Source of the DNA: an uncultured Anaerolinea sp.
GTDB lineage: Bacteria > Chloroflexota > Anaerolineae > Anaerolineales > UBA4823
Direction: 5' to 3'
DNA: 64,000 nucleotides
NCBI GenBank assembly: GCA_964595435.1
Contig: CAZQQJ010000001.1
Location: 41,464 to 105,463 of the forward strand
Made by a program: the position numbers and the translations under genes. Shown piece after piece: positions 26,880 to 35,512 of this stretch. The notes beneath the pieces are model-generated. The model saw nothing but the letters and a program-made list of their open reading frames with translations, had not been told where the DNA came from and did no database searches. How positions within the stretch are numbered: the stretch's first letter is position 1; every line of letters starts with the position of its first letter.

Positions 26880-29240
26880 GTGAATAAAACTACCCCCATT
26901 CAACCCAAGTATCTTAACGCTGCGCTGCCCATTGCTACGCGGCTGCACGATTTGTTGGGTCAGATGACCTTAGAGGAAAAATTAGCCCAACTGACCTCCT
27001 ACTGGTTTAATGATTTGCAAGAATACCAGCAACCGTCCCACGACAAAATGCAGGCATTACTGAAACATGGCATCGGCCAGATTTCGCGCGTGGGTGGATC
27101 CAGCACGCTCTCGCCGGCGGGCGTCGCCCGGGCAGGAAACGAGATCCAGCGTTTCCTGGTCAATCAAACCCGCCTGGGCATTCCAGCGATCTTGCACGAA
27201 GAATGTTGTGCCGGGTATATGGGCCTGGGGGGGACAGCTTTCCCTCAAATGATCGGCCTGGCCAGCACCTGGAACCCGCCTCTGGTCGAGCAGATGGCGA
27301 GTGAAATTCGCGGGCAAATGCTGGCAGTCGGCGCTCGCCAGGGATTGAGCCCTGTCCTGGATATCGCCAGTGACCCGCGCTGGGGGCGCACCGAAGAGAC
27401 GTTTGGCGAAGACCCATTCCTGGTCAGCCAATTTGGTATGGCCTACATTCGTGGCTTGCAGGGCGATGACGTGAGGCTGGGGTTGATGGCTACCGGTAAG
27501 CATTTTGTCGGCCATAGCCTGTCCCTCGGCGGTATGAATTGCGCTCCGGTGCAACTGGGACTGCGCTCCCTTTGGGATATCTACCTGATGCCGTTCCAGG
27601 CCGCGATCCAGGGAGCAGGTCTGAGATCGATCATGAACGCCTATCCCGAACTGGATGGCGAAGTCGTCGCCGCGTCGCGCAAGATACTCACCGATCTGTT
27701 ACGTGGCAAACTTGGCTTTGAAGGCCTCCTGGTTTCGGATTATCACGCGATTTCGATGATCCATTCCTTCCATCGCCTCGCTCCAGACGAAAGAAAAGCC
27801 GCAGTCATGGCGCTCAAGGCAGGCATCGATATGGAGCTGCCGACTTGTATCTGTTATGGGGAACCCTTGCGCAGCGCCCTGGAGTCGGGCGAAATATCGA
27901 TGGAAGAGATCGATGCCGTTGTCAGCCGCATTTTGCAGACCAAGCTGGAACTTGGGCTGTTGGACAACCCTTACGTGGACGAGGGCGCCGTACAGGCTTG
28001 CTTCGAGACGCCAAAACAGCGCCTCCTGGCCAGGGAAATGGCTTACCAGAGCATGGTGCTACTCAAGAACGATGGTTTGTTGCCGCTCAAAAAAGTAAAT
28101 ACGATTGCTGTTATCGGGCCCAATGCAGCCGAACCGCGCCATCTGCTTGGGGATTATAGTTATCCATCCATGTATGAGTTGATGACCCGGGCGCCGATCA
28201 CCGATTCGGCGTACATCGGGGATGTCGATCCAGATCACCTCCGCGCGAATTCGGTTCGGGTTGGTTCTGTTCTCGAAGCGATACGGGCTTACGTGGGCAA
28301 GGAAACGCAAGTACTTTATGCGCGAGGCTGCCCGATCACCGAGCCGGATCGATCCGGATTCGGCGAGGCGATCGATGTCGCCCGCCAGGCCGACACCGTC
28401 ATCCTTGTGCTTGGCGACAAGTCTGGTATGACGCCGGACTGTACCTGCGGCGAGTTCCGCGACCGCGCCGAATTGGGTTTGCCGGGCATCCAGGAGGAAT
28501 TGGCCAGGGCGATTGTCGCAACTGGCAAACCGGTAGTGGCGGTATTGGTCAACGGCCGGCCGTTGGCAATCCCCTGGTTGGACGAAAATGTCCCGGCCAT
28601 TCTGGAAGCGTGGTTGCCCGGTGAAGAGGGCGCCGCAGCGGTTGCCGAGGTTCTATTTGGCGCATCGAGTCCGGGAGGCAAGCTGCCGATCACCTTCCCA
28701 AGATCGGTCGGCCAGTTGCCAATCTATTACAATCATAAACCAGCCGGCAATCGTTCCCACTGGTACGGCGATTACGTCGAAACGCCGGCCAGCCCACTTT
28801 ACCCTTTTGGACACGGATTAAGTTACACGACATTTTCCTATACCGATCTGCGCATCTCATCTGAGAAGGCAAAAGCCGGCGAACAGATCGAGATCGGCCT
28901 GACGATCACCAATATGGGCGCGGTGGCCGGTTTTGAGGTGGTACAGTTATACGTTTGCGACGAATATGGCAGCGTCCCCCGGCCGGTAAAAGAGCTCAAG
29001 GGTTTTTGCCGCCTCCGCCTCGAACCCCGGGAGAGCCGTACGCTGACTTTCCATTTGCCGGTTGATTTGTTGGCATTCTATGACGAGAATCTGGAACTGG
29101 TCGTCGAAGCGGGAACGGTCAGAATCATGGTGGGTAGCTCATCCGAGGATATACGTCTGCAAGGGGCACTGGAGATTGCTGGAACGGGTAAGGCGCCGGT
29201 CAAGGAGCGCTTGTTCGGCTGCCCGGTGACAATCGAATAA
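26880..29240 (+). CDS. glycoside hydrolase family 3 beta-glucosidase (BglX-like), cytoplasmic
   Basis: The GH3 N-domain has GFEGLLVSDY with the catalytic Asp; a C-domain and fibronectin-like domain follow. GTG start at 26880 with GAGGAG 9 nt upstream. The ORF-track M at 26754 overlaps the upstream permease. Confidence 0.8.
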   Translation: MNKTTPIQPKYLNAALPIATRLHDLLGQMTLEEKLAQLTSYWFNDLQEYQQPSHDKMQALLKHGIGQISRVGGSSTLSPAGVARAGNEIQRFLVNQTRLGIPAILHEECCAGYMGLGGTAFPQMIGLASTWNPPLVEQMASEIRGQMLAVGARQGLSPVLDIASDPRWGRTEETFGEDPFLVSQFGMAYIRGLQGDDVRLGLMATGKHFVGHSLSLGGMNCAPVQLGLRSLWDIYLMPFQAAIQGAGLRSIMNAYPELDGEVVAASRKILTDLLRGKLGFEGLLVSDYHAISMIHSFHRLAPDERKAAVMALKAGIDMELPTCICYGEPLRSALESGEISMEEIDAVVSRILQTKLELGLLDNPYVDEGAVQACFETPKQRLLAREMAYQSMVLLKNDGLLPLKKVNTIAVIGPNAAEPRHLLGDYSYPSMYELMTRAPITDSAYIGDVDPDHLRANSVRVGSVLEAIRAYVGKETQVLYARGCPITEPDRSGFGEAIDVARQADTVILVLGDKSGMTPDCTCGEFRDRAELGLPGIQEELARAIVATGKPVVAVLVNGRPLAIPWLDENVPAILEAWLPGEEGAAAVAEVLFGASSPGGKLPITFPRSVGQLPIYYNHKPAGNRSHWYGDYVETPASPLYPFGHGLSYTTFSYTDLRISSEKAKAGEQIEIGLTITNMGAVAGFEVVQLYVCDEYGSVPRPVKELKGFCRLRLEPRESRTLTFHLPVDLLAFYDENLELVVEAGTVRIMVGSSSEDIRLQGALEIAGTGKAPVKERLFGCPVTIE

Positions 29241-29278
29241 CGGGCAGGGCCGCAGGGTTCCTTGTTTCGTCGAGTCGT

Positions 29279-29402
29279 GTGGTAGTTTCGTAGTCTTGTA
29301 GTGCATCCGGCCGACAATTTTGTGTGGCCCAAACCTGACAGGTCTTTACAGGCGCACTTTGATTTGGTCCCACCATTAAGACCTGTCAGGTTCGCGAGCA
29401 AC
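29279..29402. repeat. palindromic intergenic repeat, most complete copy (modules A-B-loop-B')
   Basis: A is GTGGTAGTTTCGTAGTCTTGTAGTGCATCCGGCCGACAATTTTGT. B is GTGGCCCAAACCTGACAGGTCTT. A 32-nt loop follows, then B' AAGACCTGTCAGGTTCGCGAGCAAC. The 15-bp perfect stem is AACCTGACAGGTCTT/AAGACCTGTCAGGTT. It lies between the convergent GH3 and HtrA genes. Confidence 0.65.
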
Positions 29403-29463
29403 TTTTAAGGCGCCTTGATAGGGTGATCCTCGCGTAAGCGGCGCCGGTTCCAGTGAGGCCAGA

Positions 29464-30606
29464 TCAATTCCCGGTCGACTCGCCCAAGGTAACCTGGGTC
29501 TGCATTGGCTGGCCATTGCGCACGAACATGACGGTTACGGTGTCGCCGGGCCGGAACTGGAACAGGCTGTTGATGTAGGAGTGGGTTTCGTCGATAGCAG
29601 TTTCACCAATTTGGGTGATGATATCGTCGGGCTGCAAGCCGGCCTGGGCCGCCGGGCTGTTGCGGACCACGTCTGTGACGTACACACCCCACGCCACCGG
29701 CAGGTTATAGGCCCGGGCTACGCCGGGTGTGATCGACTGGTAGCGGACGCCCAGGTAGGGGCGGGCGAAATAGCCTTTTTGCGTGATTTGCTCGGCCACT
29801 GCCCGGGCGGCGTTAATCGGGATGGCGAAGCCCAGCCCCTCGGCCACCGCGCCGCTATCGCTTCTGCGCACCACCAGGGTATTGATCCCGATCACCTGCC
29901 CGGCCAGGTTCACCAGCGGCCCGCCGGAATTGCCCTGGTTGATGGCTGCATCGGTCTGGATGAGGCCCTCGATCAGGTAGCCGTTCCCGCTGTCGATTGC
30001 CCGCCCGGTAGCGCTGACCACGCCCACCGTGACGGTGTTCTTGAAATCGCCTAACGGGGAGCCGATAGCGATCACGCTCTCGCCCGGGCGCAGCGTGTCC
30101 GAATTGCCCAGGGCGGCCACAGCCGGCGGGCGCCCGCCGGTCTTGAGCACGGCCAGGTCGGCGTACAGGTCGGCTCCCACAATGGTGGCCTGCTGCTGGC
30201 TGCCATCCGAGAGAATGATGCTGACCTCCTTCACGCCTTCGACGACGTGGTTATTGGTCAGGATATAGCCCTCGGGTGAGATAAACACTCCGCTGCCGCT
30301 GACGGTTTGATCGCCGGTGGGGCCGAAGAAGGTCATCTGGCCGGGAATGGTACCGACCACTGTCACCACTGCCGGTCCTACCTGCGCCACCGCCTGGGTG
30401 ATGGTGGTCTCGATGGTGGTGCTCTGGATCTGGATGGTGGAAGCAGGTGCATTCGATGGTGCGACGATGGGGGCAGGTTGGGCCTGCTCCTGGCCGCGAA
30501 CTGCGCTGAATACTGCCAGGCCGCCGGCCAGCGCGCCGGCGAGGGAGGAGATTCCAGCGACAAGGATGACAAACAGAACGTAAAGGACACGTTTCCAGGA
30601 TAACAT
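29464..30606 (-). CDS. HtrA/DegP-family serine protease (trypsin-like domain + PDZ), membrane-anchored
   Basis: An N-terminal TM segment, HVV, DLAVL and GNSGGPL (catalytic triad context), and a C-terminal PDZ domain. Confidence 0.9.
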   Translation of the reverse strand: MLSWKRVLYVLFVILVAGISSLAGALAGGLAVFSAVRGQEQAQPAPIVAPSNAPASTIQIQSTTIETTITQAVAQVGPAVVTVVGTIPGQMTFFGPTGDQTVSGSGVFISPEGYILTNNHVVEGVKEVSIILSDGSQQQATIVGADLYADLAVLKTGGRPPAVAALGNSDTLRPGESVIAIGSPLGDFKNTVTVGVVSATGRAIDSGNGYLIEGLIQTDAAINQGNSGGPLVNLAGQVIGINTLVVRRSDSGAVAEGLGFAIPINAARAVAEQITQKGYFARPYLGVRYQSITPGVARAYNLPVAWGVYVTDVVRNSPAAQAGLQPDDIITQIGETAIDETHSYINSLFQFRPGDTVTVMFVRNGQPMQTQVTLGESTGN

Positions 30607-31000
30607 GATGTACCTCGTTATGTTTCCCGATTCTACTGCGATTTTTCCTGCTTTCTTCGATCGCTCATCAAATCATTATGTAGCGCGTCGCCAGAACAGA
30701 TTCGCGGGATTGCCAGGCGATGCCAAATCAAAAGATATCTCGTCCGGCGCATTTTGCCGGTTGATTTTGGGTACGGATTATTGTTATACTCACTATAGCT
30801 ATCCAGGATCCATGTGGCGATTGCCAAGAATCTTCATCTGCGCTGGCAGTCAACACTGGCCTGCAACCCGGATGGGTGTGACAGCGTATTAAATATGTGC
30901 TATTCAAGGCCTGGCACGTTGTTCCCCTCCCCGATTCGTGATATGCCAGGCAGGTTCATAGCGCAAAGCCCAGAAAAAGACTGGCTGAAAGGAGCTTCTT

Positions 31001-33001
31001 GTGTTGTGGTTTCTCATTCTCGTCGTGGGGTTGTTGGCCCTGTTGATCCTGTTTTTCCTCTCGGGGATCCGCTACATTCCCAACAACCGTGTCGGTATCG
31101 TTGAAAAGAATTTCAGCGGCAACGGCTCGGTAAAATCGGGCCTGATTGCACTGAACAAGGAGGCGGGTTTCCAACCCCAGGTGCTGCGCGGCGGCCTGCA
31201 TTATTTGATGCCGGTGCAGTACACTGTCCACCGGATGCCGCTGGTGACGATCACCCAGGGCAAGATTGGCTACGTCTTCGCCCGGGATGGTTTGCCCCTG
31301 GCCCCGGATCAGACGCTTGCCTCGAATGTCCATGTGAGCGACTTTCAGGATGTGGAAGCTTTCCTGAAAAACGGGGGGCAGCGCGGCCCGCAACGGCGCA
31401 TCTTGCGGGAAGGCACCTATGCGATTAACCTGATGCAGTTCGTCGTCATCACCGAGGAGCATGTTTATAGCATGCCGTTGAATCGCGACGAAGCGCAGAT
31501 CATCCAGCGCATGGCGGAGGTGATTGCCGAGCGTAAAGGTTTCCGCCCGGTGGTGATCAAGGATACGGACGACCTGGTCGGGATCGTTACGGTTCATGAT
31601 GGCCCATCGTTGGCCCAGGGAGAGATCATTGCCCCTATCGTCGGCGACGACCCGGCGAACACCGAAACGTTCCATAATAACTTCCAGAACCCTGAGCACT
31701 TCCTGGCAGCGGGCGGCTACCGCGGGCGCCAGTTGCAGGTGTTGGTGGAAGGCACCTACTACATCAACCGTTTGTTTGCCACGGTTGAGATGATCCAGAA
31801 GACGATCGTCGACGTCGGTATGGTTGGCGTGGTCGTTTCCTATACCGGCGCGGCAGGCGCCGATCTATCGGGACAGGAATACCGCCACGGAGAACTGGTG
31901 GAGCGCGGCAAACGGGGCGTGTGGAGCGAACCATTGCTTCCGGGTAAATATGCTTTCAACACCTATGCCGGGAAGGTAATCTCCGTTCCGACGACGAACA
32001 TTATTCTGAAATGGATCCGCACCGAGGTGGGGTCCCATCGCTTTGACGAAAACCTCAGCGAAGTCTCGCTGATCACAAAGGATGCCTTCGAGCCGTCGCT
32101 GCCGCTTTCGGTGGTGATCCATATCGATTACCAGAAAGCGCCGTTGGTGATCCAGCGCTTTGGGGATGTGAAGCGCCTGGTGGAGCAGACCCTCGACCCG
32201 ATGGTGTCGGCCTATTTCAAGAACATCGGCCAGACCCGCACGCTGATCCAGTTGATCCAGGAACGCAGCCAGATCCAATCGGTTGCCAGCCAGGAAATGA
32301 AGGAGAAGTTCGAGCATTACAACTTGCAGCTCGAGGAAGTGCTGATCGGCACGCCATCTTCTGCTGCGGGTGACAAGGCTATCGAGACGATCCTGACCCA
32401 GCTCCGCCAGCGCCAGATCGCGGTGGAACAGATCGAAACCTACACGCGCCAGGAAACCGCGGCGACCAAGGAGCGCGAGCTACGCGAGGCCGAGGCGCGC
32501 GCCCAACAGCAGCGCAACATTACCGAGTCGGAATTGAGCATCACGGTGCAGACCAACCAGGGTAAGGCCGAGTACCAGCGGGCCTTGCAGCAGGCGGCGC
32601 AGATCAGGGCTTTGGCGCAGGCCGAGGCGGAGAAGGTGGCCCGCGTGGGTATCGCCCAGGCGCTGGCGATCGACGAGCAGGTGCGCGCCTACGGCGGCCC
32701 GCAATTCCAGGTGACCCAGCAGGTGATGAGCCGCTTTGCCGAGGCCATCCAACAATCCCGCGTGGACGTGGTGCCGCGGGTGCTGGTGGGCGGGGGCCAG
32801 GATGGCAGCCCCACGACCGGGAGTATTATGGAGGGTTTGTTGACCCTGCTGCTCTCTGAAAAGATGGGCGTCGGCGTGGCCGGGCAGGCCAACGCCCCGC
32901 GCTCGCCTGAGGCGGAGGCGCTGCGCGAGCAGATCCGCCAGAGCGCGGCAAAGATGGACCAGGCCGAGAGCGGGGAAGCCCCGCAGGCGAAGCAAGAGTA
33001 A
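31001..33001 (+). CDS. flotillin-like SPFH/Band-7 domain protein with long C-terminal coiled coil
   Basis: An N-terminal TM, an SPFH domain and an EA-rich coiled coil (REAEARAQQQR...QAEAEKVARVGIAQA). GTG start at 31001 with AAAGGAG 6 nt upstream. Confidence 0.8.
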   Translation: MLWFLILVVGLLALLILFFLSGIRYIPNNRVGIVEKNFSGNGSVKSGLIALNKEAGFQPQVLRGGLHYLMPVQYTVHRMPLVTITQGKIGYVFARDGLPLAPDQTLASNVHVSDFQDVEAFLKNGGQRGPQRRILREGTYAINLMQFVVITEEHVYSMPLNRDEAQIIQRMAEVIAERKGFRPVVIKDTDDLVGIVTVHDGPSLAQGEIIAPIVGDDPANTETFHNNFQNPEHFLAAGGYRGRQLQVLVEGTYYINRLFATVEMIQKTIVDVGMVGVVVSYTGAAGADLSGQEYRHGELVERGKRGVWSEPLLPGKYAFNTYAGKVISVPTTNIILKWIRTEVGSHRFDENLSEVSLITKDAFEPSLPLSVVIHIDYQKAPLVIQRFGDVKRLVEQTLDPMVSAYFKNIGQTRTLIQLIQERSQIQSVASQEMKEKFEHYNLQLEEVLIGTPSSAAGDKAIETILTQLRQRQIAVEQIETYTRQETAATKERELREAEARAQQQRNITESELSITVQTNQGKAEYQRALQQAAQIRALAQAEAEKVARVGIAQALAIDEQVRAYGGPQFQVTQQVMSRFAEAIQQSRVDVVPRVLVGGGQDGSPTTGSIMEGLLTLLLSEKMGVGVAGQANAPRSPEAEALREQIRQSAAKMDQAESGEAPQAKQE

Positions 33002-33058
33002 CCTGCTCTGCCCTGTAATCGGGTGAAATTATCCGGCGCACCGGATGCACCCAGCTCA

Positions 33059-33085
33059 GTAGCCGGGATCGCCGATCCCGGCTAC
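33059..33085. terminator. perfect 12-bp stem hairpin between convergent flotillin-like and TolB-like genes
   Basis: GTAGCCGGGATC-gcc-GATCCCGGCTAC, with a second small hairpin ATCCGG-cgca-CCGGAT at 33031-33046. No U-tract. Confidence 0.4.
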
Positions 33086-33091
33086 AATTGA

Positions 33092-34438
33092 TTATTGCCC
33101 TGGCGCCCAGTCGATGCCCAACAGGTTATCGATTTCTTCGGCGACTGGTATGGCGGTTATTTCGGTGCCGTCCGGGCGCACGCGGTAGGCCTTGCTTTCG
33201 AGCAGCGAAACGTAAGCAATCCATTGCCCATCGGGCGACCAGGCGGGGCGCCATTCCAGGTTTTCACCGCGGGTGAGCTGGCATTGATTGGCGCCATCCG
33301 GAGTCATGGTGTACAGGTGGTAGTTGTTCTTGCCCACGGGGCTGTTGCGGCTGGAGGCGAAGACAATCCACTGGCCGTCCGGCGACCAATCGGGGTCGGT
33401 GTCTACGGCGGGGTGGCGGGTCAGGCGGCGCACGTTTGAGCCGTCGGCATTCATCACGTAGACGTCATCGTTGCCATCGCGCTGGGAGACGAAGACGATC
33501 TGGCGACCGTCCGGCGAGAAGCGCGCCGCGCCGTCGAATTTTGGGCTGCCGGGCAGCCGGCGCAGGCTGCTGCCATCCAGCTTCACCGAGAAAATCTCGG
33601 TATCCGGGTTCTGGCTTTGTTCCAGCAGCTTCACCGAGAAAATCTCGATATCCGGGTTCTGGCTTTGTTCCAGCCAGCGCTCGAAGAGCAGGGAACCGCC
33701 ATCCGGCGACCAGGCGGGGGAGCGCATCTCCAGGTCGTCTTCGAGCAGCGGGCCGCTGACCTGGCCCCGGGCATCTGCCAGGTACAGCCCCCACCGGCCA
33801 GTGGTTTTGGATTGGGCGGTGAAAGCCAGGCGCTGGCCGTCCGGCGACCAGGCAGGATCTTTACTGCCGGGCGGGTCTTTCAGAATATTCAATCGTTCGC
33901 CGCCCGGCGAGACGTACAGGACGACGTATTGCTCCGGTCTGCCTTGCGGGTAGGGCAGCCTGGCGCCCATTGCCAGGGGGCCGTTTTGCGCTTCGTTGGG
34001 TGCCAGCCGCCCGGGCAGGCCCTGGCAGGCGCTGATGAAAGAAACCTGATACCAGTTTACCGCCCATACCGCGCCTGCGGCCAACCCGGCGACCAGGAAC
34101 AGAGCCAGGGTGCTCAGGATCATGCCGAGGGCGACCGGGGAAACGGCCTGGCCGCTCTGCCGGCTCTTCAACAGGCTTGCCAGGAAGTAGATGACCACGC
34201 CCAGCAGGTAAAGCGCCAGGATGACTCCGCTGATAGGCACGGTGGCGATGCTGATCCAGCCGCTGAGGAAGATCAGGCTGGTCAGCGAGCCGCATAAACC
34301 CTGCCCGCCAAGCTCTCGCATGTCGCAGTTATTGGCCTGGCCGATCAGGCTTGCGGCGCCCATGACCAGCCAGGGAAGCAAGACAAAAAACAGCAATACA
34401 AAAGTGATTGCCAGATTGAGGAATATACCACGTTTCAT
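33092..34438 (-). CDS. TolB-like WD40 beta-propeller protein with N-terminal multi-TM domain
   Basis: Repeated PAWSPDG/FSPDG/DWSPDGQ blades are typical of a TolB C-terminal propeller. The N-terminus has 3-4 hydrophobic helices. Confidence 0.75.
   Translation of the reverse strand: MKRGIFLNLAITFVLLFFVLLPWLVMGAASLIGQANNCDMRELGGQGLCGSLTSLIFLSGWISIATVPISGVILALYLLGVVIYFLASLLKSRQSGQAVSPVALGMILSTLALFLVAGLAAGAVWAVNWYQVSFISACQGLPGRLAPNEAQNGPLAMGARLPYPQGRPEQYVVLYVSPGGERLNILKDPPGSKDPAWSPDGQRLAFTAQSKTTGRWGLYLADARGQVSGPLLEDDLEMRSPAWSPDGGSLLFERWLEQSQNPDIEIFSVKLLEQSQNPDTEIFSVKLDGSSLRRLPGSPKFDGAARFSPDGRQIVFVSQRDGNDDVYVMNADGSNVRRLTRHPAVDTDPDWSPDGQWIVFASSRNSPVGKNNYHLYTMTPDGANQCQLTRGENLEWRPAWSPDGQWIAYVSLLESKAYRVRPDGTEITAIPVAEEIDNLLGIDWAPGQ
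33578..33673. repeat. in-frame tandem duplication, 2 x 48 bp (1 mismatch), inside TolB-like gene
   Basis: Unit 1 is 33578-33625 and unit 2 is 33626-33673. They encode LEQSQNPDIEIFSVKL and LEQSQNPDTEIFSVKL. Confidence 0.9.
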
Positions 34439-34492
34439 CGGTGCACCTGGGGAGTGAAGCTGGGTGAAATATTTGGGTGTGAAAAGCCGGGG

Positions 34493-35056
34493 CTATAAAT
34501 TGCCCCCCAATACTTTTTCGCCGGTGGGGCGCGGGCTGCCGCCGGCCGGCTCGATGGTGACTCCTACGGCCTGGTAGGCATTCAATGGCTTTGGGCTGAG
34601 CACTTTCAAGCTGCCGTATCCCTCGGGGTTTACGGCAAACACGCCGCCGCTGGTGCGCTGGCCATCCAGGATCAGCCACAACTGGTATTGTTGTGACGCG
34701 TTCAATGCGGGCAGGCCGTCTACGATCAACGTGCCGTATTCGCCGCCCCGGCTGATGACCAGCACTCCAGTGGCGCCCGGGGCAGGGCCGGTTCCCTCCA
34801 ATCGCACGGAAAGGAGCGAGTCAGGAACCGCACTTTGGGAGCGGTTCCATTGCTGCCAGAAAAAAAGGTTGCCGAAGGCCGAGCGGATGAATACCTCCTG
34901 GGTTAAATCTTCCGCCAGGCGAGCGTCTCCTAATGCGTTCAGCGCCAGGCTGTAAACCAGGCGGCCGTGACGGTCGTACAATTCGCTCAAGGCATCTTGC
35001 TTTCCATTGGCGGCCAGGCGGATTAGCGTAGGGTCATCGAACTTGGAATAGTCCAC
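34493..35056 (-). CDS. chimeric ORF: sigma-70 region-2-like N-terminus (about 55 aa) fused to anti-sigma-K (RskA) C-terminal domain; probable fusion remnant
   Basis: DPTLIRLAANGKQDALSELYDRHGRLVYSLALNALGDARLAEDLTQEVFIR is sigma region 2.1-2.2. It is followed directly by the RskA C-domain (QYQLWLILDG...AVGVTIEPAGGSPRPTGEKVLGG). There is no zinc-finger, no TM, and no sigma region 4. Confidence 0.5.
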   Translation of the reverse strand: MDYSKFDDPTLIRLAANGKQDALSELYDRHGRLVYSLALNALGDARLAEDLTQEVFIRSAFGNLFFWQQWNRSQSAVPDSLLSVRLEGTGPAPGATGVLVISRGGEYGTLIVDGLPALNASQQYQLWLILDGQRTSGGVFAVNPEGYGSLKVLSPKPLNAYQAVGVTIEPAGGSPRPTGEKVLGGNL

Positions 35057-35165
35057 GGTAAGCTTTATCGTTCCAGGCAGGCAGAATGAGCACCAAAATC
35101 AGAAAGCAACCAGGGATTGCTCTGCCTGGATTATATCCGTATATGCGAAATATGCAAAAACCTTC

Positions 35166-35195
35166 TTGACATTCCGGGAAGAATTATGATAAACT
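35166..35195 (+). promoter_or_regulatory. candidate extended -10 promoter (TTGACA-18-TGaTAAACT) ahead of the roughly 320-nt leader of the ABC-F gene
   Basis: TTGACA lies at 35166-35171 and TGATAAACT at 35187-35195. Confidence 0.35.
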
Positions 35196-35512
35196 GATTA
35201 GACGTAACGAGTTCTTTCGTAAGGATTGGATTTCAGCATGGTTTATTCGCATCCACATGGCATGGTATTGCTCACCGCCCGCGGCGGAGAGGGTGGTTCT
35301 GCCTTGTCGGATTGCGCCTGCTGAAAGATAAACTATACGCAAGTATATCGGCCACGGCGCATTCCTGCCCGTGGCTTATTGCTTTCCCCCCTTTCGTCTT
35401 AATCTCTCCAAAAGCCACGGGCGCCCCCGCCGTTTCCTCACGGCGGCCGGCCGGGATCCGTCTTGGATGCCGGCCAGGCAACACGAAATACGTTCATGCT
35501 TTGGAGTGTAAT

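Noticed and set aside
30956-31699. 247-aa minus-strand ORF
   Set aside because: Antisense to the flotillin-like gene (SPFH domain clearly encoded on plus strand).
33617-34297. 226-aa plus-strand ORF and other ORFs inside 33092-34438
   Set aside because: Antisense or out of frame relative to the TolB-like propeller gene.
35312-35512. In-frame upstream extension of the ABC-F ORF (start at 35312)
   Set aside because: ABC-F proteins begin directly at the first ABC domain (MSILTFENL). The extension has no domain character. A GGAG RBS precedes the ATG at 35513.
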